Shown one piece after another: positions 25,990 through 38,042 of a stretch of 64,000 nucleotides of DNA. A program made the translations under genes and the position numbers. The notes under the pieces were generated by a model. It had not been told where the DNA came from and did not search any database. It saw nothing but the letters and a program-made list of their open reading frames with translations. Location of the stretch: assembly GCF_036971445.1 (NCBI RefSeq), contig NC_091470.1, forward strand, positions 65,348,001 through 65,412,000, given 5' to 3'. Source of the DNA: Narcine bancroftii. Its lineage: Eukaryota. Positions within the stretch are counted from its first letter, which is position 1. Each line of letters opens with the position of its first letter.

Positions 25990-26900
25990 ACTAGTTTATT
26001 TGAACCCAGTAAGTTCATGTTAGCTCCTTGAATGGGTTTCCATCAGTCCCTTTCCCCCACTGTAGCATGCAAATTATTAACCCCTCCAATGCCTTTTTAA
26101 TGCCTTGACTGACTTTGTCTCCACCACCTGTACAAGTAGTAAATACCAAATCATAATCGGTCTCCTGGAGACTTTCTTCCCATTACTCTCAACCTGTGCT
26201 CCCTGGATCCAAAACCATCAACAAATGTGAACAGCTTCCCTCAATTAACTCTAGGTAGACCTGACCTGTTCTTGTGCACCACTGTTAAAATCTCCTCTCA
26301 AAGTTCTTAATTGCAACAGAATAATCACAGCCTCACCAATCTAATCTAACAGCATCTAATAGCCTGAATATACCTGGAATTGTCTCAACTCAGAAGCCAA
26401 GCAGGTACAGGAGTGGTCAACACTTGGAAGGGAGATTACCTAGGAACACCAGGTGGACAAAGTGGTGACTCTCTGTCTGCCTTAAGGTAGACAAAGGTTA
26501 AAGTAGATCACGTAGGTTACATTCTAAATGTAGTATTACGTGACAATAATGGCACCTTTACCTTTACCAAAATCTCTCATCTCTAGAACTATCTAGAACT
26601 ATCCTCATAAATCCTCTCCAGAACTTGCATTCACTCCTTAAAACGTGGTGATATGAAGAGAATACAACACTCCAAGTTAGATGTAATCTACATTAAACGA
26701 GGTTAAAGCATAACATCATTGCTTTGTACTCTATGTCTCTATTTATGAATCACTGGCTCCCAAATGCTTTAACTGTTCTCTCAACACACCATGGGACTAC
26801 CAAAAATTTACACCTTTGTCCCTCTAAATCCCAAGCTCCTGTGAACCATGTAGAAACCTGCATTTAGCTTGCATTGTCATTTTTGTTCTTTCTATCACAC
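25990..26900 (-). mobile_element. Old CR1 LINE fragment
   Basis: Decayed minus-strand CR1 motifs (aatacaacactccaag; ctttgtactctatgtctctatttatgaa). Confidence 0.5.
26344..26568 (+). mobile_element. 5S rRNA-derived SINE (SINE3-type)
   Basis: 26344-26454 aligns by eye along vertebrate 5S rRNA, including box A agccaagcagg and box C tggaagggag. It is followed by a unique body and a gtgacaataa...(accttt)2 tail. Confidence 0.7.
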
Positions 26901-26904
26901 TTTT

Positions 26905-27140
26905 TAAACTTAAATTTAGAAATACAGTACGACAACAGGTCCTTCTGGGCCACGAGCCCATGCAGCCCAAATTCCCCAATTAACCCCTGTACATTCTGAA
27001 GAGTGGGAGGAAACTAGAGCACCCAGAGGAAACCCACGCAGACATGGAGAGAATGTACAAACTCCTTATAGACAGCTCCAGATTCAAACCCAGCTCGCTG
27101 GTGCTGTAATAGTGTCGCGCTAACTGCTATGCTAACCGTC
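26905..27140 (-). mobile_element. V-SINE (HE1-like)
   Basis: Well-preserved copy: minus-strand A box tagcatagcag, B box gggtttgaatc, V core, CR1-type tail. Confidence 0.8.
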
Positions 27141-28155
27141 ATCTATCTCATCTGTACAATTTACCAAACCTAAAATTACAATAGAGTCATGCAGAACAAA
27201 TATAAGTCTTTTGGCTCATTATGCCTGTGCCGAAAATCAGCAATCCACACTAACCCCATCCAAAGAACTTTATTCAATATCACATCTGAGGTATTGAAAT
27301 CCACTGATAAATACCAGGCTTGTTAAGATCCACAAACTCATTACAGCCTCAGGTTAAGATAGCAGACTATTGCCCTATGCAGTCTGATAAATAATGCTTT
27401 TAACTATCTGGTGATGAAGTGTGCTGCCAATTTATTGTTGGATATATTTGAATGTAAACATTTCATTGGCAAAATTGCAAGCAAAAAACAGATTTTTATT
27501 TTTTAAATATTCTGAAAACTATGCTTCTCTAGAGAGTAAAACAAACTGTATTTGAATCCTGAAACGACCAGGATTTTACTTTTCAAATGGTCTAAAGGTC
27601 TACAATAAAATGGCTATGTTTACCAAGGTGGCAGAAAGATATAATACTAATCTTGCCTTGTGTGGAAAAAAAATGGTTGACGTTCTCACTCTGATCCTTA
27701 ACCAGCAGTTTCTACTGGGTTCAATGATGAGGATTGTTTAGGGAGTCTAAAAGCCAATTAGCTTAATTGGATCATCTACAAAGAATGCCCATGACGGGAA
27801 GTTATGGGTGGCTATACCAGTGGTATAAACATGCCTGATGAAGAATCCACACTTGCATTTTTAAAAATTATATCTGTTCATTCACTGCCACCAAAGAAGA
27901 GTGGTAACTGCGGCTCATCTCTAATTTCAATCTAATAATTTTAGTCTTTTTTAAACTTAAAAATTTAATTCTAATTTTAATCTAAATAATTTTAAAAATC
28001 TACTGAGAATGTGCAAGAGTATAGGTACAAAACAGACGGATACTGAGAAACATGCAAGTTTTTTTGTTTTCAGTAGAAAATATTGCACTGGAAGAATTTT
28101 TCATTTTGTAATGTTGGGATGAGCTTTGTGGTAGATTCACATTTTCAGATTATCT

Positions 28156-28179
28156 GTATCCATAGTAACCTAGTAAATA
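28156..28179. promoter_or_regulatory. Candidate RFX X-box (GTATCCATAGTAAC) plus forkhead site (GTAAATA)
   Basis: Motif match only, in an intron of a ciliary gene. Confidence 0.3.
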
Positions 28180-28251
28180 TTTTACTGCAGCATTATACAG
28201 CTTCTCCCTTTTCCTCTTTTTCAGTGATACAGAATTATCATGAGCTGTAGT

Positions 28252-28463
28252 GCTGCACTGCACAATTGGTCCATAAGCTTAACACTGTGTGATTAATTCA
28301 AAAGCTCCACACTGTTTGATTGGTTGACTTTCACTCTATGTGACTTGTCTAACAGCACGATAAACTTTGATTGGTGTAAGAGCACTGCATTGTATTATTA
28401 GTCAAGGTGCAATGTACTATTTGATTGGTCTAAGAGTTCTGCACTATATGACAGATTTAAGAG
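28252..28463. repeat. Degenerate ~27-bp minisatellite, ~8 units
   Basis: Approximate unit ctgcactgtgtgattggtctaagag. ATTGG is retained in four units. Confidence 0.55.
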
Positions 28464-29494
28464 TCTTGCTTCCCCACATGACCAATTGTTAAAAATAACT
28501 ACCTGACTGCTGTATTCCATTAAAATATTTCCTCCAAGCAATGACTGAGGAATTATGATAATCAAGGAAAAAAAAATTAAAAGCTTGTCTGGAGGCCATT
28601 TGCAGTCATAGATGCAAGATGAATATTCTAGTTATTAAACATCACCAAATTATTCCAGCAGTGTTCAAATTTTAATCACCATTTTTCTTCTGCCTTCTCT
28701 TAAATTTGCAAATATGAAATATGGAAAAGAAGAAGACCCCACAAACCCATTTAGAATCAAAAGATTCTACTTTCAGAGCAGAACTGCTTTTTAAATTAAT
28801 GTAACATTGTGCTCTCATGATCACCTAGTAACATGTAATATGACTTGTTCATTGACAACCATTCTGCTGTTTGACGATGATCGATTAGGGTTCAGAAAAT
28901 CATTTTATTATAATTCTGTTATCATCCATTCAGACAATTGACGCCGTATTTTCAGCAATGTTAATTTACAGCAGGGTAAATTTTTTTGTCATCACTTTTG
29001 AAGTCGAATTTAAAATTCTAAGAGCTGACTGCAGTGCTTTTCTATACCATATATAATTGGGCAAGGTTATTGAAGACTAAATTAGTTTGTGGGAAAGAGA
29101 GAGTAGAGCGAGAGAAAGGGGAAGAGAGTGAGGGGAGCAGAGAGACAGACAGACAGACAAATATTTTCCTACACTGGAAGATATTGAACATCCGACTCAC
29201 TCCATATATGACAAAGACTGTATAATCAGCCATCAACAGCAATACTACTTTTTTCCCTCTAAATGGAACAAATGTACTATTTAATGCTTCCAAAAGATCT
29301 TTCACATTTGTGTAACTGCATTAATTAAAACTTTTGATGAATATTTCAGTTAAAGAAAAGCCTGACCAGTTAATGCTGTTATCAATATGTAACAGCGCAT
29401 GTGCTCTAAAATCTGCCAAGAATCTATAGCTTTACAAACAAGCTTTGTGTGTGAGTGTTGCAGTAGAAAGCTCAGCAGTACTTATCAGATGATT

Positions 29495-29508
29495 GTTACT
29501 ATGGTTAC
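29495..29508. promoter_or_regulatory. Candidate RFX X-box GTTACTATGGTTAC
   Basis: Motif match only, in apparently non-repetitive intronic sequence. Confidence 0.3.
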
Positions 29509-30000
29509 CACTGACACTCAATGCTGTTGAAAGTTCTACACAGCTGCTTGAATTTATTTTCAGCCACCGGCAACTCATGGGGAGTTGGTTCCGTTCAGCT
29601 TATTAACTCAGGTAAAAGCACCTTCAAATCTCATGCCCATGGAACAAAATTTAGATCACGTAGTGGTAATCCATGTGTTATATGATGTTTATTTACATTT
29701 TAATTCCCCTGTGAAAGTAATATTTGTATTCTTGAAATGACAACCATGTTCACTAAGTGAAACCATAGATCTATATTTACATCCAAAGATTATTTGCAAA
29801 ACATAGACAAAATCCCTTTTCCAGCCATCTGGAATGCACATGGTACAACATTCTTCCTCGAAAATGCAATAATTTATCATTCATTAATAAAAAAATGAGT
29901 AATTGGGAAGATTTCTGAATACCATTTTATAATGCATACTGCACAATTTCATTGATTGCCTTCAGCATAGTTGGCAGTTGTTTAACTATTGTTCTGGGTT

Positions 30001-30305
30001 AACCATATAACCGTTTACAGCACGGAAACAGCCCATGCCGGCCCTTCGAGTCCACTTGAACAACTCCACTAGCTCCCTCCTCCTGCTCTCCGCCCATAAC
30101 CCTCCAACCCCCTCACATCCATGTACACATCCAACCTTCTCTTAAATGACTGAAGGGACCCTGCCGCAACTATCTCTTTTGGAAGATCATTCTATTCTGC
30201 CACCACTCTCTGAGTGAAAAAGCATCCTCTAATATTTCTCCTAAAGTTTTGCCCCCTAACCTTTAACTTATGCCCTCTACTTCCAACCTCCCCTGCCCTC
30301 AGGGT
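30001..30305 (-). mobile_element. CR1 LINE 3' end
   Basis: aaccatataaccg tail and 3' UTR similar to the 41-42 kb copy; encodes RKNIRGCFFTQRVVAEW. Confidence 0.75.
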
Positions 30306-30404
30306 CTTCTATTAGTGTGGAACTTAATGATGCCAATTAACATTTCCACAGTACAGAAATAAGGAACATTTGTTTTGTCAATAAAAAAAATAAAATGAAG
30401 CTAT

Positions 30405-30674
30405 CATGGCGGCGCACTCTCTCATGGTGAACCGGCCCCGCGTGTAACGCCACGTGGCGGGGCAGCCATGGGAAGATGGCGCTGTCAGGGTTTTCTCCCT
30501 GCCTCAAGTCTCCTGCCCAGCATGCACCTGGGGCAGCGATTATGATGTCACAATCCACGAGGTGTCTGAGCTCATGATGCCCTTAAAAGGCCGCGGGCTG
30601 AATTTGAATAAAAACGGTCATTAACGACTTTCAATGTGGTGGCTGAGTCTTTCTTGGCTGTGTCCAGCCCGACA
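30405..30674 (+). mobile_element. Probable short solo LTR (Gypsy-type), CpG-rich
   Basis: 4-bp direct repeat ctat (30401-30404, 30675-30678), ends in CA, TATA-like cttaaaag followed by AATAAA. The 5' TG is not preserved. Confidence 0.5.
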
Positions 30675-30747
30675 CTATATTTATTTAATAATTTTCTTCA
30701 CAGAAATAACTTAGATTTAAAAGTAGATAAATAAATGTGCAGTTTAC

Positions 30748-30831
30748 CTTTGGTAAATCAGTAACAGCAATATAACTGGCTCCTGGGAAGTAGGTGCCAC
30801 CCTCCTCTTCATTTTGTACCATCACTGGAGA
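30748..30831 (-). CDS. KIAA0586: TALPID3/KIAA0586 internal exon (84 nt, phase 0-0), SPVMVQNEEEGGTYFPGASYIAVTDLPK
   Basis: TATTTATAG acceptor and AAG|GTAAAC donor. Peptide parallels the recalled human TALPID3 segment [27 protein letters not shown]. Phase 0 joins the exon at 10318. Confidence 0.8.
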
Positions 30832-31865
30832 CTATAAATAGGGGAAAGAAATCAGATTAGAACCACACTTGTTCTCATCCAATATGGAGCAAACAAAAAG
30901 GGTTATTTCTGTCCACTTCTCTCCTTCATTTTCGTGAAGAAGATTGTTACTTACATGCTCATTCATAACCACATTTCCATTATCCCACAAGGGACAGGTT
31001 TGCAGACTTCCCATGGAGAAGAAAATATGCAGATCTCTAAGACCAATACATATCCATCGATGGATATGACAACTTCCATGTCAAAACAAATATTACTGCA
31101 ACCTTACAAGGAGAAGATCAATTCGCTTTGGACTTTTTTTTGGCATTTACAGCAGTAAACAGCACAACCATCAACAGTCCCAAACTCCAGCCATAAATCT
31201 ACCCATACTCCTGACTCCGAGTTTTGCAGGCTCTGGACCTGGACACACATCCAACAGAAACTATCGACACTGACTCTACATGGGACATCGACTCCCAGTG
31301 GGACTCTGACCCATGCCTCCAGCCAGATGCTCCAACCATTGCTCAATGCAGCTGTTATGTTCAACTTATTAAAAAATTGGTGATTATGGGACGTGGGGAA
31401 ATCATCGAATTAACGTGCAAGATTGCTATAATATTACACATGTATAAAGCATCCATGGTGTCTAACAAAAACTAGTTGGCCCAGAAACCTGCTGACAGGA
31501 TTCAGGAGAAGAGTCTGGAGAAAAGTGTGTTGTTTGCCAACACTCACACTAATACACAGTTCACCTTGCATGTATGTAGATCCACAAACAACAATGATTT
31601 AGTGTGAATGTTGAAATCAATCAAATTTCGCTCTCCTCTCCCCCCTCCTATCCTTGTCTGTTTTTGGCCTCAATGGAAAACCAATGGATTGCAGATATGT
31701 ACAATGCTATATATTTGTTGGGTCCCTATTGAATGGGCTGCCAAGTTTCAGAACATTGGTTTTCATCTGTTAATTTGGTAACTATTTTTCAGAACACCTC
31801 TGATTAAGACCTGAGACTCCAATCCCTGTGACTTTAGTTCTCTGCCCAAATTCCACTTTAGCCTC

Positions 31866-32500
31866 AAGTAAAACATGAAAATCTGTAGACATCACCTTAA
31901 CCACTGTGTCTACAGATTTTCATGTTTTATTCCTGACTACAGCAAAACTCTGTGAAATTTTTCAAGGGATGCCCACCCTGAAGAAGTTCTCCTTTGCTCT
32001 CCGAAGCACCAGTGACAGAGACCTCCCAGTAACCAACCAGTTCAGCTCTGTGTCACACTCCCATACTCATATGTCCAGCCATGGCTTTATGCACTATCCC
32101 ACCTAGACCACCCGCAAACTAAAGGATCAACACCTGATTTTCTGTCTGGGCACTCTCCAACCAGATGACATTAACATTGACTTTTCCGATTTCTGCTCAC
32201 CTGCTCTCCTCTTCCCTCCTTCCCTCCCCTTCCAGTTTTACTCCCTCCCTATTCATCCAGCCATCTCTCCTCTCCTTGATTGCTGCTGTCCCCTCCCTCC
32301 CTTCTCCACCTCTTACCTCCTGCCTTTGCAACCACGTCTTCCCCCCCCCCCACACTTTTATTCGGATGCCTACCAACATTTTTCCGACCTTTGATGAAGG
32401 GCTCAAGCCCGAAACATCGTTTATGTATTTTTATCTTTGCTTATATAAAGGACACTGTTTGACCAGCTGAGTTTCTCCAGCTTTATGCTTTCACTTTCAC
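31866..32500 (+). mobile_element. Penelope-like element 3' fragment with 5' fold-back of pseudo-LTR end
   Basis: Decayed GIY-YIG C-terminus (DLPVTNQF...HSHTHMS...QHLIF.LGTLQP), pLTR at 32380-32500, and a ~24-bp stem hairpin at 31868-31930. Confidence 0.78.
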
Positions 32501-33769
32501 TTTAGCCTCTCTGTTTCAGCAATGTCCAACATAAATTCAAGGAGCAACATCTCATTTTTAACCAAAAATGTTTGAAATCCTTTGACCTCAATACCAAATT
32601 TAACAAATTTGGACAACTCCTTCCCTTTCTCACAGATGTAGCTGCAGCTTCTATCCTTCCTAATTTCCACTGCCTATATTTAAGGTTATTGTCATTTTAA
32701 CAGTTTTGACCTGTATCCCATCATATCAATATCCTCTCTATCCTTCCCCCTGTATTTTAATACATTCATTTTCTCATTTGTCCAGTTTTTTTTTAAGGAT
32801 CCTTGACCTGAAATGCTGACTCCGTTTCCTTTCCCACTAATGCTGCATTGATATCCTGAGTATCTCCAATGTTGCTTGTTTTGATTCAGATTTCCGACAT
32901 CTGCATTTTTGTTCCAATTGCTTTACAACTGGCCAAACATTTTTGGAAGGGCCAATGTAAATGCAATGCATAATATAAATATTCATTTACAAAATTTGAC
33001 AGAGAAGTAAAACAAAGATATGTCTAAATTCTTCTGCATTAAGAAAGACAAAATGCTATTGCCTCAACAGAGTGAGAAAGACTCTGCTTACATCGGGGAC
33101 TATTCTGCATTGTGTTTCGATAAGCTTCGCCAGTACAGTTCATACAAAGTATCTTGATTTTTACTGATTTGTGTTTAAGCACATACACTAGTGGATGATT
33201 TTAATCAAAAAGAAATGTTTGCATGTACTTTAATCTGACAAGAGTAACCACAACTTTCCATTTCAAACTTAGAGAATTAAATATATTTCATTTAAGCCAA
33301 TTAATTCAAAATGGTAAATTAGCTGAAATTTATTTAATCCTTTGAAACTGTTCTTCTCACTGAACCTATACCAATACTAACCTCTTGTAGGTTCTGAGGC
33401 AAGGTCTCCCAGTGCTATTGCTGGGAAACTGCGGGAAGCCCAATTTCAGTGCACAATCAGAAATACAAGAATGAAAACCTCTCAGAAAATGCTGTGCTTC
33501 CATTTCTGTGTCTCAAAAATGATATAGGTTAGCAATCTGACGCTCCTCACAAAAAAAAGTTTTGTACCAAAGATCTAAGGAAAAGGGTTAAATTTGTGGC
33601 ATTGTCTATAATTCAGCTGCTTTAGTCAGGAGGTGGAGGTGGATGACTGTGTGTGGGCTGCTCATGCAAATCTCGAGTTTTCTGGCATTAATTCTGCTGG
33701 ATCCCACAACTACACCTCCAAATAAAAGGTATTGAATTTAAGCCATACGGATTGAGTGACAGTAAAAAT

Positions 33770-34720
33770 ATAATTTGCAGGCTGTGACTAATGGAGGACC
33801 ACTACCCTCAGATAATCGTGTCTGTATCAATGATTTGCACAGAAGGAAATAAAGTAAAATCCCCATATTTGCTAATTACTTGAAACTAAAGGGAATGCAA
33901 TGAGTGATAAAGATGCAAAGAGGCTTCAATGATGTAGGCAATTTAAGTGAGTGGGCTCTTGCAATTGGAGTTCAATGTGAAAATCTGTGAGGTTAAGCAC
34001 TTCAGTGGAAAAAAGAGAAATATTGAGTCTTTTTTCAAATGGTGACAGATTGGAAAGTGTTAAAATTCAAAAGAAACTGCTTGTCCTTGGACACTAGTCA
34101 CTGAAAGCTGCAGGTGCAGCAGGCAGTTTGGAAGCTAATGGTGTGTTGGCCTTTACTACAGGAGATCAAAAGTAAAGATTGCTTTCTACAATTTTACAGG
34201 GCTTGACAAGACCACATCTGCAGAATTGTGTATGATTTTGGTCTCATTTTAAAAGTGCACTAATTTTTTGCAAAAATTGACTAGATTGATTCCTGAGATG
34301 GTGTGCCCATCATACGTGCAGAGATTTAATAGGTTAACCTTTCATTCTTGTGAGCTCAGAGGGAGGGGTGATGATGTATTGATATATCAAAAAAACATTT
34401 AGAGAGCTTGGCAGGAAGAAGCTTTGCCAATACCGAAATTCTAGAACTGAGATCACATTTTCAAAGCAAGGATAGATCATAAAGGATTGTAACAGGAGAC
34501 ATTTCTTTACACAAGGGTTAATGAATCTTTGGAATTCTGTTCTAAAGAGTACTATGCAAGCTCAGTCATTCACTGTATTCAAATCAGAGATCAACAGATT
34601 TACGTTTTGTTAAATGAATCCAAGAATATGGAAAAAGGGTAGAAAATGGTGTTAATGATAGAACATCAAGTATGATATAAGTGGCCCATTCCTGGTTCTA
34701 TTGGTTCAAATCTTATGTTC
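33770..34720 (+). mobile_element. Old CR1 LINE RT/3' fragment
   Basis: Decayed motifs gagttcaatgtgaaaatctgtgaggt, caggtgcagcaggcag, agaccacatctg. Confidence 0.6.
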
Positions 34721-35969
34721 TTACATGATTACAATTTCCATTGTCAGTGCATCAATAACCTGGTTGACCAAGAACTGGTACAAATCAGGCATTGAGCATT
34801 GCTGGGACAGGGACAGTATATGTGAACATTTGAACAATCGGAATAGGATTACCAATCAATGAATATTGAACAATTTATCAAAGGTTACCAAGTTTTTTTT
34901 CTATTTTGCCTTGCCTTTATCATGGTTCTACAGATTGTTGACTCTTCTGACAGCAGTCCACATAATGCAAAGTTCTCAGACTGGAAGGAATATTTCAGGC
35001 AGCTTGCTAAAAATATTTAAATGATTCCATGCTGATCAGGGTGAGCCAGCTACTCCCGTGGGGCCACATTTTCACTGACAACTGTGCTAGGAAGGAATAT
35101 CAAATCCAACAGCTCTAGGTGAGGAGCAAGTGGCAATGCATGAACGTTTGAAGTCGTTTCGCTTTCAGAGAAGGTCACGCAAAGGCTTAGCAGTTAAAAA
35201 ATTGAAGAAGAGAATAAATTTTATGTCTCTTGAATACTTATACTTGCTTGAAATGATGGGAATTTTAAAAATCGCATTTAAAAACATAAAATGCCTTAAA
35301 ATAAACAGAATTCTTATGAATGGTTATTAATATAAAACCATTTTTTTCCCATAGATACTGCTGGACTGGCTGTGGTCTTATTTGACTTCCAATTTCTGTT
35401 TTTTTACTGAATTAAAATACCCTTTCATTTTTTTATTATTCACTGCTGCAATCAGCTATATTTAGGATGAGTTGATCTATCTATAATGGCTGTTATCACA
35501 TGGGATTTCAGTTTCCAAGATTTAGGATTACTTGGAATAAACTCACATTCACTTAATAATTCCATCAGCAGAAGTCTGAGAACACAAATTACCAAATGGA
35601 AATACTTTGCTTGCAAAAATATTTAATAGAGTAATGAAGTGAGTGGATTCACCTGCTGTAATCATCTTATTTGGCTGGATGGTCAATCAGGAGAATATTT
35701 AAACTTGTGAATCAGTAATATTCAAGTGGCACCAGTAAGGAATTCTGAAATCAAAAGATGCCGTACAATAACTAAAATTAATTAAATCAAAATCCAGCAA
35801 ATTATTAAAATCTCTTTCTAGGAAGGTTCTGTGATGACTGATTCCATCAGGACATGGAGTTAATGTTTGAAATGTTGTTGATATTCCATTGATCACTTTC
35901 AAACATTTATTGACATCTCTCTCACATGGCAATAATTGTGCTCTTCTGTTCTGCATTAGATCAGGTGTG

Positions 35970-36366
35970 ACAGGAGGGTTGTTAACTCGGCCTGTGACAT
36001 CACAGACACCAGACTTCACTCCATCGAGGACATCTACGCGAGGCGGTGTCTAAAAAAGCAGCCTCTATCCTCAAAGACCCCCACCCCCCAGGCCACACCC
36101 TCTTCACACTGCTACCATCGGGAAAAAAGGGACAGTAGCCTAAAGATGATCACTCAACGGCACAAAGGCAGCTTCTTCCCTGCTGCCATCAGATTCCTGA
36201 ATAATCAATGAACCAAAGACACTGCCTCACTTTTCATGCACTACGATTTTATCTTTTTTATTGATAGTAATGTTGAAAGATGGTCATAATATGATTGTTC
36301 ATGCCATAATGCTACCGCAAAACATCAAATTTCATAACTTGTTCGTGACAATAAATTCTGATTCTG
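35970..36366 (+). mobile_element. Rex1/Babar LINE 3' end
   Basis: High similarity to 18116-18666; gtgacaataaattctgattctg tail. Confidence 0.8.
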
Positions 36367-37465
36367 ATAAGAGAGAGATGAGAGTCGAAGAGGATAAAAG
36401 AGGCTTCTCGTCTAAAATCGAGGGAATGATGTTTACTCGTGTCAGAAGCCAACCATCAAGCAGAGGGGGCTTTGCTCCTACATCCCACGTGGATCCTCTA
36501 AACTATTTTTTAAAAACTTGTTCTCATAGTCATCTTTTCCTTAATCTTCAATATTGCATTCCCTATTTCTTGAAAATGAGTGAATGATTCAGATACATTT
36601 CAAAGTACAGTCAGTTTTCTCACAGAAATTAATGTTCAGTTTACTTGAGGCAGCTTTGTCATCACCAGGAAGATTTCAAATTTAATCACAATCCAGCATT
36701 GCCTGAATTGGATAATATTTCATAATTGCAGATGCCATTATCATCCTTTGTTATGAAATGAGAAGATGATAGACCAGAAATGTTTATACAGGTTGTCATC
36801 CAGCAATAATATCACTTTAAATATTGAGGAATGTAAGAATTCCCAATGTTGTTAAATAAACTGCTGAAATTTATCAATAAGATCTGCATTGTCACAATGC
36901 AACGTCTTTATGGAATTCCTTACAGGAGTAAATTACCAAGAAAGAAGGGTTGGATTAATCTTGAAAAGAAATGCATTTTGTTTATAGATAGATCAGATGA
37001 TTCATAGAAATGTGCATGAATCTTACATCTGAAAATCTTCAGTGAAAATATTTATTATTTGTGATTAAAAAGAAAGGCATATTAAAATGTAATTATTTTT
37101 TGGAAAACTGATTAATGAGACCATGGTTTATTGGCAAAAGACAAGATTATCATTTAGCCTCTTAGAGTTTAACAGTGAGGGTAATCTGATTGAATGTAGA
37201 ATTAACGTAATAATCTAAACTGATGCAAGCAATGCTCACAAGTGCTAATTTCTGTTTCATTATTTCCAATGTAAGTCTTTTGAAACTGTTTGGTATATTG
37301 AAATGTGCAATATTCCTTTTCAGACTTACCAGTAATCTTTAAGTGATAACATTGCAGCAGTAAATCTCACTTACTAATAATCTTGTATGGACCCCATTCA
37401 ATAGTTTAATGACTAGATGGATCAAACAATTTCAGGAAGGCAAATAACTTCATACTCACTATCCT

Positions 37466-37468
<3 letters not shown>

Positions 37469-37550
<82 letters not shown>
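37469..37550. repeat. (CA)n microsatellite
   Basis: Perfect dinucleotide run. Confidence 0.97.
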
Positions 37551-37551
<1 letters not shown>

Positions 37552-38042
37552 ACACAAATTGCATATTATCATTTGATAAACCTGCAATAATAATACTGCA
37601 GTCAATAACCCTTTTTCCACTGGCACCCTGCTCCAGGAATTAACTAGGAATTTACTTGGACAGGGTCCAGTGGAAAAAGAGCCTTGTCCGAACACCGGTG
37701 TCAAATGACATCATTTCACGATGGGGATTAACCACCTCTACCCCTATTCATATCCTCAGCGTTTGTTGATGCCAGTTTGCTGATAAAACCAGTGGAAAAG
37801 GGACAGCAGAAAGTCACCTGTTTCCAGTTGAAGGTAGAACACTCCGACCCCAGGAATGAGTGTGTTCAGTGGAAAAGCAATTAGTTCCCAGTTAAGGGTG
37901 GCCCAGTGGAAATGGCACAAAGGGCTTCCTATCCCAGGACACTGCACAGCCAATTAACTGGGATCTCACTGAAATGCCTTAAGTAGTGTCACATCAAGTA
38001 CACTGTAAAAAATATATTGGTTCTCCTACATAAATATCTACT

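Noticed and set aside
26344-26454. Functional 5S rRNA gene
   Set aside because: Too diverged, with no oligo-T terminator or tandem array. Treated as a SINE head.
28252-28463. CRISPR-like array
   Set aside because: The units are contiguous degenerate tandem repeats with no unique spacers, in a eukaryotic context.
30949-31045. GTAAGT donor in phase 0, 123 nt upstream of the 84-nt exon
   Set aside because: The peptide has no resemblance to TALPID3 and the acceptor is weak. A cryptic exon cannot be excluded without RNA data.
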